The notes under the pieces: generated by a model | Database searches by the model: none | What the model saw: the letters and a program-made list of their open reading frames with translations, nothing else | Told to the model about the DNA's origin: nothing | Part shown: in pieces, positions 1 through 13,915 of the stretch | How the letters are laid out: the number at the start of each line of letters is the position of its first letter | Numbering within the stretch: position 1 is the first letter of the stretch | Assembly (NCBI GenBank): GCA_021324235.1 | Contig: JAJPJM010000153.1 | Location: 471-64,470 of the forward strand | Direction of reading: 5' to 3' | DNA: 64,000 nucleotides | Source: Verrucomicrobiota bacterium | Lineage (GTDB): Bacteria; Verrucomicrobiota; Verrucomicrobiia; Limisphaerales; UBA11358 | Translations under genes and position numbers: made by a program

Positions 1-347
1 TTGTTTGCCGCGAGGAACGCCTCGCCGTCTCTGAGGTTTTTGGTGCCGTCGGCGTATTTGGCCGCTTCGGCCGCGTTTTTGGCTTCGACGTCCTGCTTGA
101 GCTTCGTCAGGGCGTCACTCACTTCTTGCGGTGTCAGTGCCGGCTTGCCGCCCATCGCGTCGGCGATGCCGGTGGCCAGTGCCCTGGCATCCAGATCCAG
201 GCCCTGCGCTTTGAGACTTGAACCGATGTTTACGCCGAGGGCGTAACTGGTTTTCTGCTTTGGATTGGTCAGATCGGGTTTGTCCTGCGCCGCCGCGGAA
301 CTTACGAGCAATCCGAGGGCGAGGGTGGGAATGAGATATGATTTCAT
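1..347 (-). CDS. FKBP-type peptidyl-prolyl isomerase (Mip/FkpA-like), N-terminal part only; 3' end lies outside the window
   Basis: Not in ORF track because it runs off the window. Reverse-strand ATG at 345-347 gives MKSYLIPTLALGLLVSSAAAQDKPDL..KTSYALGVNIGSSLKAQGLDLD..GEAFLAAN. This is a signal peptide plus the FKBP N-terminal helix pattern. Confidence 0.6.
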   Translation of the reverse strand, partial: MKSYLIPTLALGLLVSSAAAQDKPDLTNPKQKTSYALGVNIGSSLKAQGLDLDARALATGIADAMGGKPALTPQEVSDALTKLKQDVEAKNAAEAAKYADGTKNLRDGEAFLAAN

Positions 348-450
348 TTGGTTATTGGCCGTTTGGTTATTTGTGGACGGGGTAGCATCCGGGAGGCAAG
401 CCGCCTCGTCAAGCGGTGAATTGAAAGAGAACCGGGCTCACACGGCGCGG

Positions 451-1380
451 TCAAACTTCCTTCAACGCGAGGTTGATTCGCTCGATGGCTTCGTTGATTT
501 CCTCGCGGTTTTTAAAGCCGATGACCACGGCGTCGATGTCCGGGCAGGCCATGGCAAAGCGGATGGATTTCTCGCGGTCAACCGGGTCGGTGAACATGCC
601 GTTGCCGCAGATTTTCATGCCAATCACGCCGCGCCCTTTTGCATGCATGGTTTTGATTTGTCTCATCACCGGGGCGATGTCGTGGCTGCTGTTGTCCCAG
701 TAATTGCCTTCGGCATCGGTGTAGCTGCCCTGCGGGTTCACGCGCACCAGATGCACTTCGGGCCAATCCGAGGCGACGCCGGCACGCAACGCGGGCAGGG
801 TATGGCAGGAAACGCCCCGGGCCCGGATCCATTTCCGTTCTTGGGCCACGTTGAAGGCGTCCATGACGCGTTTCCATTCGTCGGTCCATTGACCGCGGGT
901 CATGCAATGGACCAGCAGGCTGTCAATATAATCGGTGTTGAGCGTCTTGCGGTGATAGTCAATGACGGCCAGCACGTCCTCCGGCCGGCCATCCATTTTA
1001 GATTGGATGAACAGCTTCTCCCGCGGCAATCCTTTGATGGCGTCGGCAATCATATCAAACGTGTGATACGACTCGCAGGTGTCAATATACGTGATGCCCC
1101 GGTCGTAGGCATACTGGATGAGATTGACGAAGGTGTCCTTGCCCTCGGCGGTCTGGATGTACCCGTTGTTGCTGCCGGTGCCGAACCCCAGCCGGCTCAA
1201 TTTGATGCCGGTCTTGCCCAGGGTCACTTGGTCGCTGGCGGTGCGGGTGACGGCCGGGCCCGTGGTGTTGGATTCCGCCCAGGCCCAGGGCGAGAGCAGC
1301 ACGGTGCCCGCCACCGCGGTCGAAGTTTTGAGGAATTGGCGGCGATTCAGCCCGGAACGTTTATGACGCGGGGGTTTCAT
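451..1380 (-). CDS. Aldo/keto reductase with twin-arginine (Tat) signal
   Basis: ORF 451..1521(-). Start moved to ATG 1378-1380 (MKPPRHKRSGLNRRQFLKTSTAVAGTVLL..AWA). The body has an AKR-like pattern (ITYIDTCESY, GVSCH, GVIGMK). Confidence 0.8.
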   Translation of the reverse strand: MKPPRHKRSGLNRRQFLKTSTAVAGTVLLSPWAWAESNTTGPAVTRTASDQVTLGKTGIKLSRLGFGTGSNNGYIQTAEGKDTFVNLIQYAYDRGITYIDTCESYHTFDMIADAIKGLPREKLFIQSKMDGRPEDVLAVIDYHRKTLNTDYIDSLLVHCMTRGQWTDEWKRVMDAFNVAQERKWIRARGVSCHTLPALRAGVASDWPEVHLVRVNPQGSYTDAEGNYWDNSSHDIAPVMRQIKTMHAKGRGVIGMKICGNGMFTDPVDREKSIRFAMACPDIDAVVIGFKNREEINEAIERINLALKEV

Positions 1381-1586
1381 GGGAATTTTGGATCCGGCCG
1401 GTGGTCCGGGGGCGTTCCGCCGCCCGCCGCGGGGAAATGCGGCTACCGGGCAATGAGGCGGTCCTGCACATCCGTCACAGATAGCACCCGCGCATAAAAT
1501 TGCAACTGCGATTTGAGACAAAAAACCTGCCGGACCTCAACGATCCGGCAGGAATTCGTTCTTGCAAGTTCGCCGTTATCGAATGA

Positions 1587-2150
1587 TCACGATTGCGCGC
1601 GAAACTGGCGCTGGCCAACGGCCAGCAAACCGAGCAACCCGATCGCCAGCAAGGCGATGGAAGACGGTTCGGGCGTGACCACCAGGGTCGGAGAAAATAT
1701 GCCGGTACTGTCTCCCGGTGAACCCTGGCTGAAATCAATGCCGCCAACATAGGCAACCGATTCTCCGGACGGTGAAGCCGTGATGGCTGCCGGCGTTGAC
1801 GAACTGAAAAAGGTGAACGTTCCGGACTGTCCCGGGGCCAGTGCCGTGTCGGAGCTGTTTCCCCACATGATGGAATTTCCGCTCAAAACGTTGGCCCAGC
1901 CGAGTGAATTTCCCGCAGTGCTCGGATTGGAAGGCAGGTTGTTGCCATCCTGCGTCCAGCCGTACCAGAAGCTCTGGAGATTGAAGGTTCCGGTATTATC
2001 CAGCGTTATGGTGTAATCGTAGCCGCCGGCCACCGCGACATCAGAAATGGTTGCACTGGCGCTCTGGGCTTGCCCGGAAACCGCCGACAGGGCCAATCCC
2101 GTTACGACCGGCAGGGCAAAACGAAGTGAGCTCAATTTCAATTTTTTCAT
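1587..2150 (-). CDS. Secreted PEP-CTERM-anchored protein
   Basis: N-terminal signal peptide. C-terminus VTPEPSSIALLAIGLLGLLAVGQRQFR shows the PEP motif, a TM helix and a basic tail. Confidence 0.75.
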   Translation of the reverse strand: MKKLKLSSLRFALPVVTGLALSAVSGQAQSASATISDVAVAGGYDYTITLDNTGTFNLQSFWYGWTQDGNNLPSNPSTAGNSLGWANVLSGNSIMWGNSSDTALAPGQSGTFTFFSSSTPAAITASPSGESVAYVGGIDFSQGSPGDSTGIFSPTLVVTPEPSSIALLAIGLLGLLAVGQRQFRAQS

Positions 2151-2433
2151 GGGTGTATCCTTTTATTTTCAATATAAATCAATAGCTAGGCACTAATTAG
2201 ATGGTTGAGTGGCAGAAAGGTTCCCGAACTCCCGCGATTTTTTAAACCGGTTTGTTCCGCTGAAACGACAGCCGGTGTGCAAACGCTCAAGGCCGCGGGT
2301 TCGGTCTCGCTTGGCAGTATCAACATGCCACGGCAGAGGAGCTTGTAACAATCGAATCGGTCCACGGTTCCGCGAGTACACGGATGCAAATTGGATTGAA
2401 AGGCGACGGGGGTCGGACGTACGATTGCCAGGA

Positions 2434-4077
<1,644 letters not shown>

Positions 4078-4099
4078 TCCACACTAAGACAGTCACGGA

Positions 4100-4136
4100 A
4101 AAGGCGAACGGTTGCCCGTTCGCCTTAATTTTTTGG
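4100..4136. terminator. Bidirectional intrinsic terminator between convergent abfA and ahcY
   Basis: aaaa-GGCGAACGG-ttgc-CCGTTCGCC-ttaatttttt. Perfect 9-bp stem, A-run upstream and T-run downstream. Confidence 0.65.
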
Positions 4137-4140
4137 TTTG

Positions 4141-4228
4141 GTAGGGCGCGGTGTCCCACCGCGCCGCGGCCGGCTCGGCCCGTTCTCCGTAGTCCCGCAA
4201 TGCGGGACGGAGGCTGGAAGAGCCAGCC
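4141..4228. repeat. REP-like intergenic element made of three consecutive hairpins
   Basis: Three hairpins: GGCGCGGTG-tccc-CACCGCGCC; GTCCCGCAATGCGGGAC (4192-4208); GGCTGG-aagag-CCAGCC. The middle hairpin recurs with one base changed at 48416-48432. Confidence 0.45.
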
Positions 4229-4237
4229 CTGCCTTCA

Positions 4238-5707
4238 TCAATACCGGTAATGCTCCGGCTTGTAGGGGCCTTCGACGGGCACGCCGAGGTAGTCGGCCTG
4301 CTTCTTCGTGAGCCTGGTCAGCTTCACGCCGATTTTTTCCAGGTGCAGGCGGGCGACTTCCTCATCCAGTTTCTTGGGCAAACGATAGACGCCGATCTTG
4401 TTCGTGTCCTTGTTCTTCCACAAATCCAGTTGCGCGAGGCACTGGTTGGTGAAGCTGTTGGACATAACGAAGCTCGGATGACCGGTGGCGCAACCGAGAT
4501 TTACGAGCCGGCCTTCGGCCAACATGTAGATGCTGTTGCCGCCGGCGAAGGTGTACTTGTCCACCTGCGGCTTGATGTTGAGCTTGGTGACACCCTTGGT
4601 GGTGTTCAGGCGGTCCACCTGGATTTCGTTGTCGAAGTGGCCGATGTTGCAGACGATGGCCTGGTCCTTCATCTTCGCCATGTGCTCGAACGTGATGATG
4701 TCGCAGTTGCCGGTGGTGGTGACGTAGATGTCGGCCTCGCCGAGCGTATCTTCCACGGTCTTGACTTCAAACCCTTCCATCGCGGCCTGCAAGGCATTGA
4801 TGGGATCAATCTCGGTGACGATGACGCGTGAGCCGAAACCGCGCAACGAATGCGCGCAGCCCTTGCCGACATCGCCGTAACCGCAAACGCAGGCGACCTT
4901 GCCGGCCACCATCACGTCGGTCGCGCGCTTGATGCCGTCGGCGAGCGATTCGCGGCAGCCGTAGAGGTTGTCGAACTTGGACTTGGTGACGGAGTCATTG
5001 ACGTTGATGGCGGGAACCAGAAGTTTTCCGGCTTCGAGCATCTGGTAGAGGCGATGCACGCCGGTGGTGGTTTCCTCGGAAACGCCTTTCCAGTCCTTCA
5101 CGACGGCGTGCCAAAAACCGGGACGTTCCCTGGCCACGCGCTTGAGCAAGGCTTTGATGACGGCGACTTCGTGGTTGTCGCTGGGCGTGTTGACCCAGTT
5201 GTCGCCGTTTTCGAGTTCGTAACCCTTGTGAATGAGCAGGGTGGCATCGCCGCCGTCGTCCACGATGAGCTGAGGACCTTTATTGCCCGGATGCGTGAGC
5301 GCCGCGAGCGTAAAATCCCAATATTCCTCGAGCGTTTCACCCTTGTGCGCGAACACGGGGATGCCGGCCTTGGCGATGGCGGCGGCGGCGTGGTCCTGCG
5401 TTGAAAAAATGTTGCAACTCGCCCAGCGGACGGACGCGCCGAGTTCGACCAGGGTTTCGATCAGGATGGCCGTCTCAATGGTCATGTGCAACGAGCCGGT
5501 GATGCGCACCCCCTTGAGCGGTTTGCCCGGGCCGTATTTTTTGCGGATGGCCATCAAGCCGGGCATTTCGTGTTCGGAAACTTCGATGGTCTTGCGTCCC
5601 CACTCGGCGAGCGAGAGGTCGCGGACTTTGAAGCCGGGTTGGGTGGCGCCGTTGCCGCCGGCTTTGGCCGGTTTGGCGCGGGGAGGAGACAGTTTGATGG
5701 CTGGCAT
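4238..5707 (-). CDS. ahcY: Adenosylhomocysteinase (SAH hydrolase)
   Basis: 489-aa ORF with a full-length AhcY pattern ([48 protein letters not shown] terminus). Confidence 0.95.
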   Translation of the reverse strand: MPAIKLSPPRAKPAKAGGNGATQPGFKVRDLSLAEWGRKTIEVSEHEMPGLMAIRKKYGPGKPLKGVRITGSLHMTIETAILIETLVELGASVRWASCNIFSTQDHAAAAIAKAGIPVFAHKGETLEEYWDFTLAALTHPGNKGPQLIVDDGGDATLLIHKGYELENGDNWVNTPSDNHEVAVIKALLKRVARERPGFWHAVVKDWKGVSEETTTGVHRLYQMLEAGKLLVPAINVNDSVTKSKFDNLYGCRESLADGIKRATDVMVAGKVACVCGYGDVGKGCAHSLRGFGSRVIVTEIDPINALQAAMEGFEVKTVEDTLGEADIYVTTTGNCDIITFEHMAKMKDQAIVCNIGHFDNEIQVDRLNTTKGVTKLNIKPQVDKYTFAGGNSIYMLAEGRLVNLGCATGHPSFVMSNSFTNQCLAQLDLWKNKDTNKIGVYRLPKKLDEEVARLHLEKIGVKLTRLTKKQADYLGVPVEGPYKPEHYRY

Positions 5708-5748
5708 TGTCAGTTGAGAGTTAAATGTTGAATGTAGAAAATCGATTG

Positions 5749-7002
<1,254 letters not shown>

Positions 7003-7032
7003 GGAATCTTTTGTTCAAATGTCATATTGACG

Positions 7033-7055
7033 TATCAAGATAAGATGATATATCA
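7033..7055. promoter_or_regulatory. Candidate operator in the metK / sahR-like divergent intergenic region
   Basis: TATCA-N8-TGATA (7033-7050) overlaps the perfect 10-bp palindrome TGATATATCA (7046-7055). It lies in an AT-rich island between two divergent start codons. Confidence 0.3.
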
Positions 7056-7108
7056 GAATTGAAGCGCGTCAACTGCTTTCTGAAAAAACCCGGCGCGCTT
7101 TGGAAACG

Positions 7109-8080
7109 ATGTCGTCGGCATTGAAATCACTTCGGGCCCTGTCCGATCCAACGCGCCTGCGCATGGTGGCGCTGCTGGAACGGGAGGAATTGTCGGTCAA
7201 CGAGTTGCAGGAGGTCACGCGGCTCGGCCAGTCGCGCATCTCCACGCACCTGGGCCTGTTGCAGGACGCCGGGCTGCTGCAATCGCGGCGCGAAGGCAAG
7301 CGGACGTTTTACCGGTCGAGCCCGCCCGCGGACGGCGCGGCGCGCGAACTCATCCAACTGGCGATTCGCGCGGCCAGGGAGCTGCCCGAATACGAAGGCG
7401 ACCAGATCAATTTCAAGCGCATTCTCGCCCGCCGCCGCGAGCAGGCGCAGGTTTATTTCAACCAGATTGCCGGGCGCTTCGACCGGGTCTATGGGCCGGG
7501 CCGTTCCTGGCAGGCGTTCGGGCATCTGCTCCTGCGGATCCTGCCGCCGCTGGTGGTGGCTGACCTCGGCGCGGGTGAAGGCCTGTTAAGCGAACTGCTG
7601 GCGCGCCGTTGCAAGAAGGTCATTGCCGTGGACAACTCGGAGAAGATGGTGGCGTTTGGCACGGCCAAGGCAAAGAAGAACGGGCTGAAGAATCTGGAAT
7701 TCCGGCTGGGCGATTTGCAGAACCCGCCGATCGAGTCCGGCAGCGTTGACCTCGTGATTCTGAGCCAGGCCTTGCATCATGCCGAGACGCCGGCCCGGGC
7801 GGTTGCCGCCGCCGGTAAAATCCTCCGGCCGCGCGGGCAGATTATGATTCTGGATTTGCTCAAGCACAACTTCGAGCAGGCGCACGCGCTGTACGGCGAC
7901 CGCTGGCCGGGATTTGCCGAAAGTGATTTGCATCGCTGGCTCGAAGACGCCGGCTTCAAAAAGATCGAAATCAGCATCGTGGCCCGGGAGGAACAGCCCC
8001 CCCATTTCCAGACGATATTGGCCGGGGCGGAAAAACGTAGCGGCGTGTCGGCAGACCGCCGCAAAACTCCCGGCGTGTGA
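7109..8080 (+). CDS. sahR: ArsR-family HTH fused to a class I SAM-dependent methyltransferase-like domain (SahR-like regulator)
   Basis: ORF 7100..8080(+); ATG at 7109 preferred over TTG 7100. N-terminus is an ArsR HTH (LSDPTRLRMVALL..LSVNELQEVTRLGQSRISTHL). C-terminus is MTase motif I (VVADLGAGEGLLS). The gene is divergent from metK-ahcY. Confidence 0.7.
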   Translation: MSSALKSLRALSDPTRLRMVALLEREELSVNELQEVTRLGQSRISTHLGLLQDAGLLQSRREGKRTFYRSSPPADGAARELIQLAIRAARELPEYEGDQINFKRILARRREQAQVYFNQIAGRFDRVYGPGRSWQAFGHLLLRILPPLVVADLGAGEGLLSELLARRCKKVIAVDNSEKMVAFGTAKAKKNGLKNLEFRLGDLQNPPIESGSVDLVILSQALHHAETPARAVAAAGKILRPRGQIMILDLLKHNFEQAHALYGDRWPGFAESDLHRWLEDAGFKKIEISIVAREEQPPHFQTILAGAEKRSGVSADRRKTPGV

Positions 8081-8105
8081 GATGGCGGCTTTCTGCCGAA
8101 AGCCG

Positions 8106-10952
<2,847 letters not shown>

Positions 10953-11036
10953 AAAGCCGGGATTTTGCGGAAAGAAACGCCCCGGAGCAATCGCGGAATT
11001 GGCGTTACCGATGATATCTGCGCCGGCGGCCAACCG

Positions 11037-12047
11037 TCACAGAAATTTTTGAATCGCCTGCTCGTCACCTTCCGTGCCCAGCAGGTAAAGTTTGTCGCCC
11101 TGCGCCCAGACGGCGGTGGTGATCCGGCCGATCTGGATGAATTGCGGCGGAGTGGTGTCGGGCGCGCCCTTGACCGAGGCACGGTTCACCACGAACAGCC
11201 AGAGATCGCCCGGTTGACCGGGCGGCAAAGGCTTGCCGGTGCGGAAACAAATCATGGAGACCTTTGCGCCTTTCCAATCCTCGATCGCGCAGCCGGTCGC
11301 GTCGGCCTTTTCGAGCGTTGCCGGCAGGGTGTAATCCGCCGGCGCCTGATTCCGGGCGAGAAAGCCGCGGATTTGCGTCAGGTCATTCGTCACGTAGCTC
11401 ATCGCATAACCGCTCGTGGCAACGTAAATCATCCGGTTTTGATAATTGGCCAGGGTGTTTTTGTTGGCCGCATTTCCGGCGAACGACGGCCAATACTGTG
11501 CCGAAACCAGGACGGACGCGCCGATGGCCACGATGGCCAGGGCGGCGACCATCACGTTGCGCCGGACGGACATTTTGGCCAGGGCCGCCTGCTCGGAAAT
11601 GATTTGTTCCTTCAGTCCGTCGGGCACCGGGATTTGCCGGAACCGGGCGCGCAAGGCCTCCTGCCGGGCGCAGTGCGCGCCAAACCAGCGCGCCAGCTCC
11701 GCGTCGTGTTCCACCCGTGCCAGCGCCCCGGCAACCTGGGGATCGGCAACGTCCGTCGGGCCGGGCCGGTAGAGCAGCAAAATGTTTTTGGTGTCTTCAC
11801 GCAGGACGGGCATTTTGGCCTGGGCGGTCTGTTCGGAGATGATTTGTTCCTTCAGCCCATCGGGCACCGGGATTTGCCGGAGCCGGGCGCGCAAGGCCTC
11901 CTGCCGGGCGCAGTGCGCGCCAAACCAGCGCGCCAGCTCCGCGTCTTGTTCCGCCAGTGCCAGCGCCCCGGCGATTTGGGGATCGGCAACGTCCATCGTG
12001 CCGGGCCGGTAGAGCAGCAAAATCTTTTTGGCGTCGTCGCAATTCAT
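11037..12047 (-). CDS. Membrane anti-sigma factor with a tandemly duplicated N-terminal (cytoplasmic) domain
   Basis: Its start overlaps the sigma gene stop by 4 nt (12044-12047). Two copies of the LLLYRPG..DVADPQ..ELARWFGAHCARQEALRA..IPVPDGLKEQIISEQ module are followed by one TM helix (VMVAALAIVAIGASVLV) and an extracytoplasmic domain. Confidence 0.7.
   Translation of the reverse strand: MNCDDAKKILLLYRPGTMDVADPQIAGALALAEQDAELARWFGAHCARQEALRARLRQIPVPDGLKEQIISEQTAQAKMPVLREDTKNILLLYRPGPTDVADPQVAGALARVEHDAELARWFGAHCARQEALRARFRQIPVPDGLKEQIISEQAALAKMSVRRNVMVAALAIVAIGASVLVSAQYWPSFAGNAANKNTLANYQNRMIYVATSGYAMSYVTNDLTQIRGFLARNQAPADYTLPATLEKADATGCAIEDWKGAKVSMICFRTGKPLPPGQPGDLWLFVVNRASVKGAPDTTPPQFIQIGRITTAVWAQGDKLYLLGTEGDEQAIQKFL
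11574..12047. repeat. Tandem direct duplication (about 234 + 240 bp, roughly 90% identical by eye) inside the anti-sigma gene
   Basis: Unit boundaries are marked by cattttggcc at 11571 and 11811. The units share an identical run of over 60 nt. Each copy begins with an in-frame ATG. Confidence 0.85.
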
Positions 12048-12571
12048 AAATCCGATTGTCGTGAAGGCGGATTGGCTGCGGTATCTCCCGTCAACAACTG
12101 GTGCAGCCGGTCCAGTCCGCGCGCCAGGCGCGATTTGACGGTCCCGATCGGCACTTCAAGAATTCCGGCAATTTCGAGATAGGAATAATCCTGCAGATAA
12201 AACAGGGCGACCGGGGCCCGGTAAATTTCGTCCAGCTGTTCCAGCGCGGCCAGCACCTGCGCGGTATCCAGTTGATTGAGCGGGGCCGGCGCCACGGCGG
12301 GAAGCTCGGCGGCCACCTGCTCCAGTTCCACGTGCGGAAAGCGAACCTGTTTCCTCCGCGCTCCGAGGAATTCGCGGTGGAGGGTGGTAAACAACCAGGT
12401 TTTCACTTTTGATTCATCACGCAATTGGTGGCCTTTGGCCGCCCAGATGCAAAACGTCTGTTGGGTAAGGTCGCAGGCATCCGCCTCTTCGCGTGTCAGG
12501 CTAAAGGCAAATTGGTACAACGACTGGTAATGACACGCCACCAGACTTTCGAAGTCCACACCGTTAGCCAT
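12044..12571 (-). CDS. ECF-type RNA polymerase sigma factor (sigma-70 regions 2 and 4)
   Basis: 175 aa. Region 2 (DLTQQTFCIWAAKGHQLRDESKVKTWLFTTLHREF) and region 4 HTH (YSYLEIAGILEVPIGTVKSRLARG) are present. Translationally coupled to the anti-sigma gene. Confidence 0.9.
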   Translation of the reverse strand: MANGVDFESLVACHYQSLYQFAFSLTREEADACDLTQQTFCIWAAKGHQLRDESKVKTWLFTTLHREFLGARRKQVRFPHVELEQVAAELPAVAPAPLNQLDTAQVLAALEQLDEIYRAPVALFYLQDYSYLEIAGILEVPIGTVKSRLARGLDRLHQLLTGDTAANPPSRQSDL

Positions 12572-12587
12572 AACGCAGCATCAAAGT

Positions 12588-12616
12588 TAAGAGTCTTTAA
12601 TGTGCCAATTGTTCCC
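12588..12616 (-). promoter_or_regulatory. Candidate ECF-type promoter of the sigma/anti-sigma operon
   Basis: Reverse strand reads GGGAAC-N17-CTCTTA. The -10-like hexamer ends 16 nt before the sigma ATG. The identical bipartite motif occurs on the other strand at 12708-12736. Confidence 0.5.
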
Positions 12617-12707
12617 CCCATTGGCCAGTTTATAATTTTTTTCCGGCCCGTTAACCGGATTTTGTGAAGGAGTTACACAGAAACCGGCCTGCGGAATTCC
12701 AGCTCAA

Positions 12708-12736
12708 GGGAACAAGTTGTCCTACTGTCCCTCTTA
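12708..12736 (+). promoter_or_regulatory. Candidate ECF-type promoter facing the cupredoxin/cytochrome operon
   Basis: GGGAAC (12708-12713), a 17-nt spacer, then CTCTTA (12731-12736). Same hexamers and spacing as the sigma-proximal copy. Confidence 0.5.
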
Positions 12737-13021
12737 GTCGGGAGAATGGTGTCCCTTGGCGCTAAAGCAAACTTGAAAAAGCCGGGTCCCAAAACGGGGC
12801 GTAAGACCAGGGCCGCCGGTTGCCTTTCGGGCAGCGGCTTCTCAAATGCGAACGGGTGTCGTCACCCGCATGCTTCCGGCCGGAAAAAACCGTTGGCCGG
12901 CCGGAATTTGGTCAAGGCGGTTGAAAAGAAACGGCGGCTCGCGGTCCAATGGGAGGCGCGGTATTGGATTCAGCCGATTGGCAAACCGTAAAGCAGAAAA
13001 ACAAGGAAGGAGCAGGAGTAT

Positions 13022-13915
13022 ATGAACACAATGAAAATGTTTTCCCGAGGAGCGGGCCTGGCGGTGGGAGTCATGCTATTCACCCATTCGCTGGCGGGGG
13101 TGGCGGCCACGGTCACGGTGTTCGTGGGCAACACCAATTTCACCGGTACAGCCGCGGATGTGTTCGTGCCGCCCAGCACCAGTATCAATGTGAACGACAG
13201 CGTGGTATGGGTTTGGGAGCACAATGACCATTCCACCACCAGTGGCACCGGTGGCGTGACGAATGGATTATGGGATTCAGGAACGTACCTGGGCGCGCTG
13301 CCCCATGCCTTCACCAATACTTTTACCACGGCGGGCAGTTTTTCCTATTTCTGCAAGGTGCACGTGTCGGTGGGCATGACCGGAGCGATAATGGTTGCGT
13401 CGGTTGATTTGCCGCCGACGGTTTCAATTACCAATCCTCCTGACGGCACCACGCTGAGTGCGCCGGCCTCCTTCACTTTGGCGGCCACCGCTTCCGATCC
13501 GGATGGAACCGTCACCAACGTCCAATTTTTCCAGGGGGCGACGTCACTGGGCAATGTGCCGACCAGTCCGTATTCGGTGCCGGTGAACAGTCTGGGCGCT
13601 GCGGATTACACCTTTTCCGCCGTGGCCACGGACAATGCCGGGCTGACGGCCACCAACAGCGTTACCATTCACGTCGTCACGCCGGTTGCCATCGTCCTGA
13701 GCGCACCCCGGTTTTTGTCGCCAACGGATTTCCGGTTCAATTATACCGCGAATCCCGGGTTGAGTTATATGATTCAGCGGGCATCGGATTTGAGTTTGGG
13801 CAATTGGACGACCCTCGGCACCATCATGGCCACAAATAGTCCGATGCTGTTCGATGACCCCGCCATCTCCGGAAGCCCGGCATTCTACCGGGTCGGTTTG
13901 ATGCCTAATCCGTGA
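13022..13915 (+). CDS. Secreted type-1 copper (plastocyanin/azurin-like cupredoxin) protein with Ig-like C-terminal domains
   Basis: Signal peptide present. Cupredoxin ligand pattern: ..WEHNDHST.. and FSYFCKVHVSVGMTGAIMV (Cys-His-Met). Followed by the Ig-like segment ATASDPDGTVTNVQFF. Confidence 0.8.
   Translation: MNTMKMFSRGAGLAVGVMLFTHSLAGVAATVTVFVGNTNFTGTAADVFVPPSTSINVNDSVVWVWEHNDHSTTSGTGGVTNGLWDSGTYLGALPHAFTNTFTTAGSFSYFCKVHVSVGMTGAIMVASVDLPPTVSITNPPDGTTLSAPASFTLAATASDPDGTVTNVQFFQGATSLGNVPTSPYSVPVNSLGAADYTFSAVATDNAGLTATNSVTIHVVTPVAIVLSAPRFLSPTDFRFNYTANPGLSYMIQRASDLSLGNWTTLGTIMATNSPMLFDDPAISGSPAFYRVGLMPNP

Noticed and set aside
7003-7099. Possible SAM/SAH riboswitch upstream of metK or ahcY
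   Set aside because: The metK leader is short and AT-rich with no GC-rich helices. The metK-ahcY spacer is only 41 nt. I could not recognise any SAM-I/II/SAH core motif. A protein regulator (SahR-like) is encoded next door instead.
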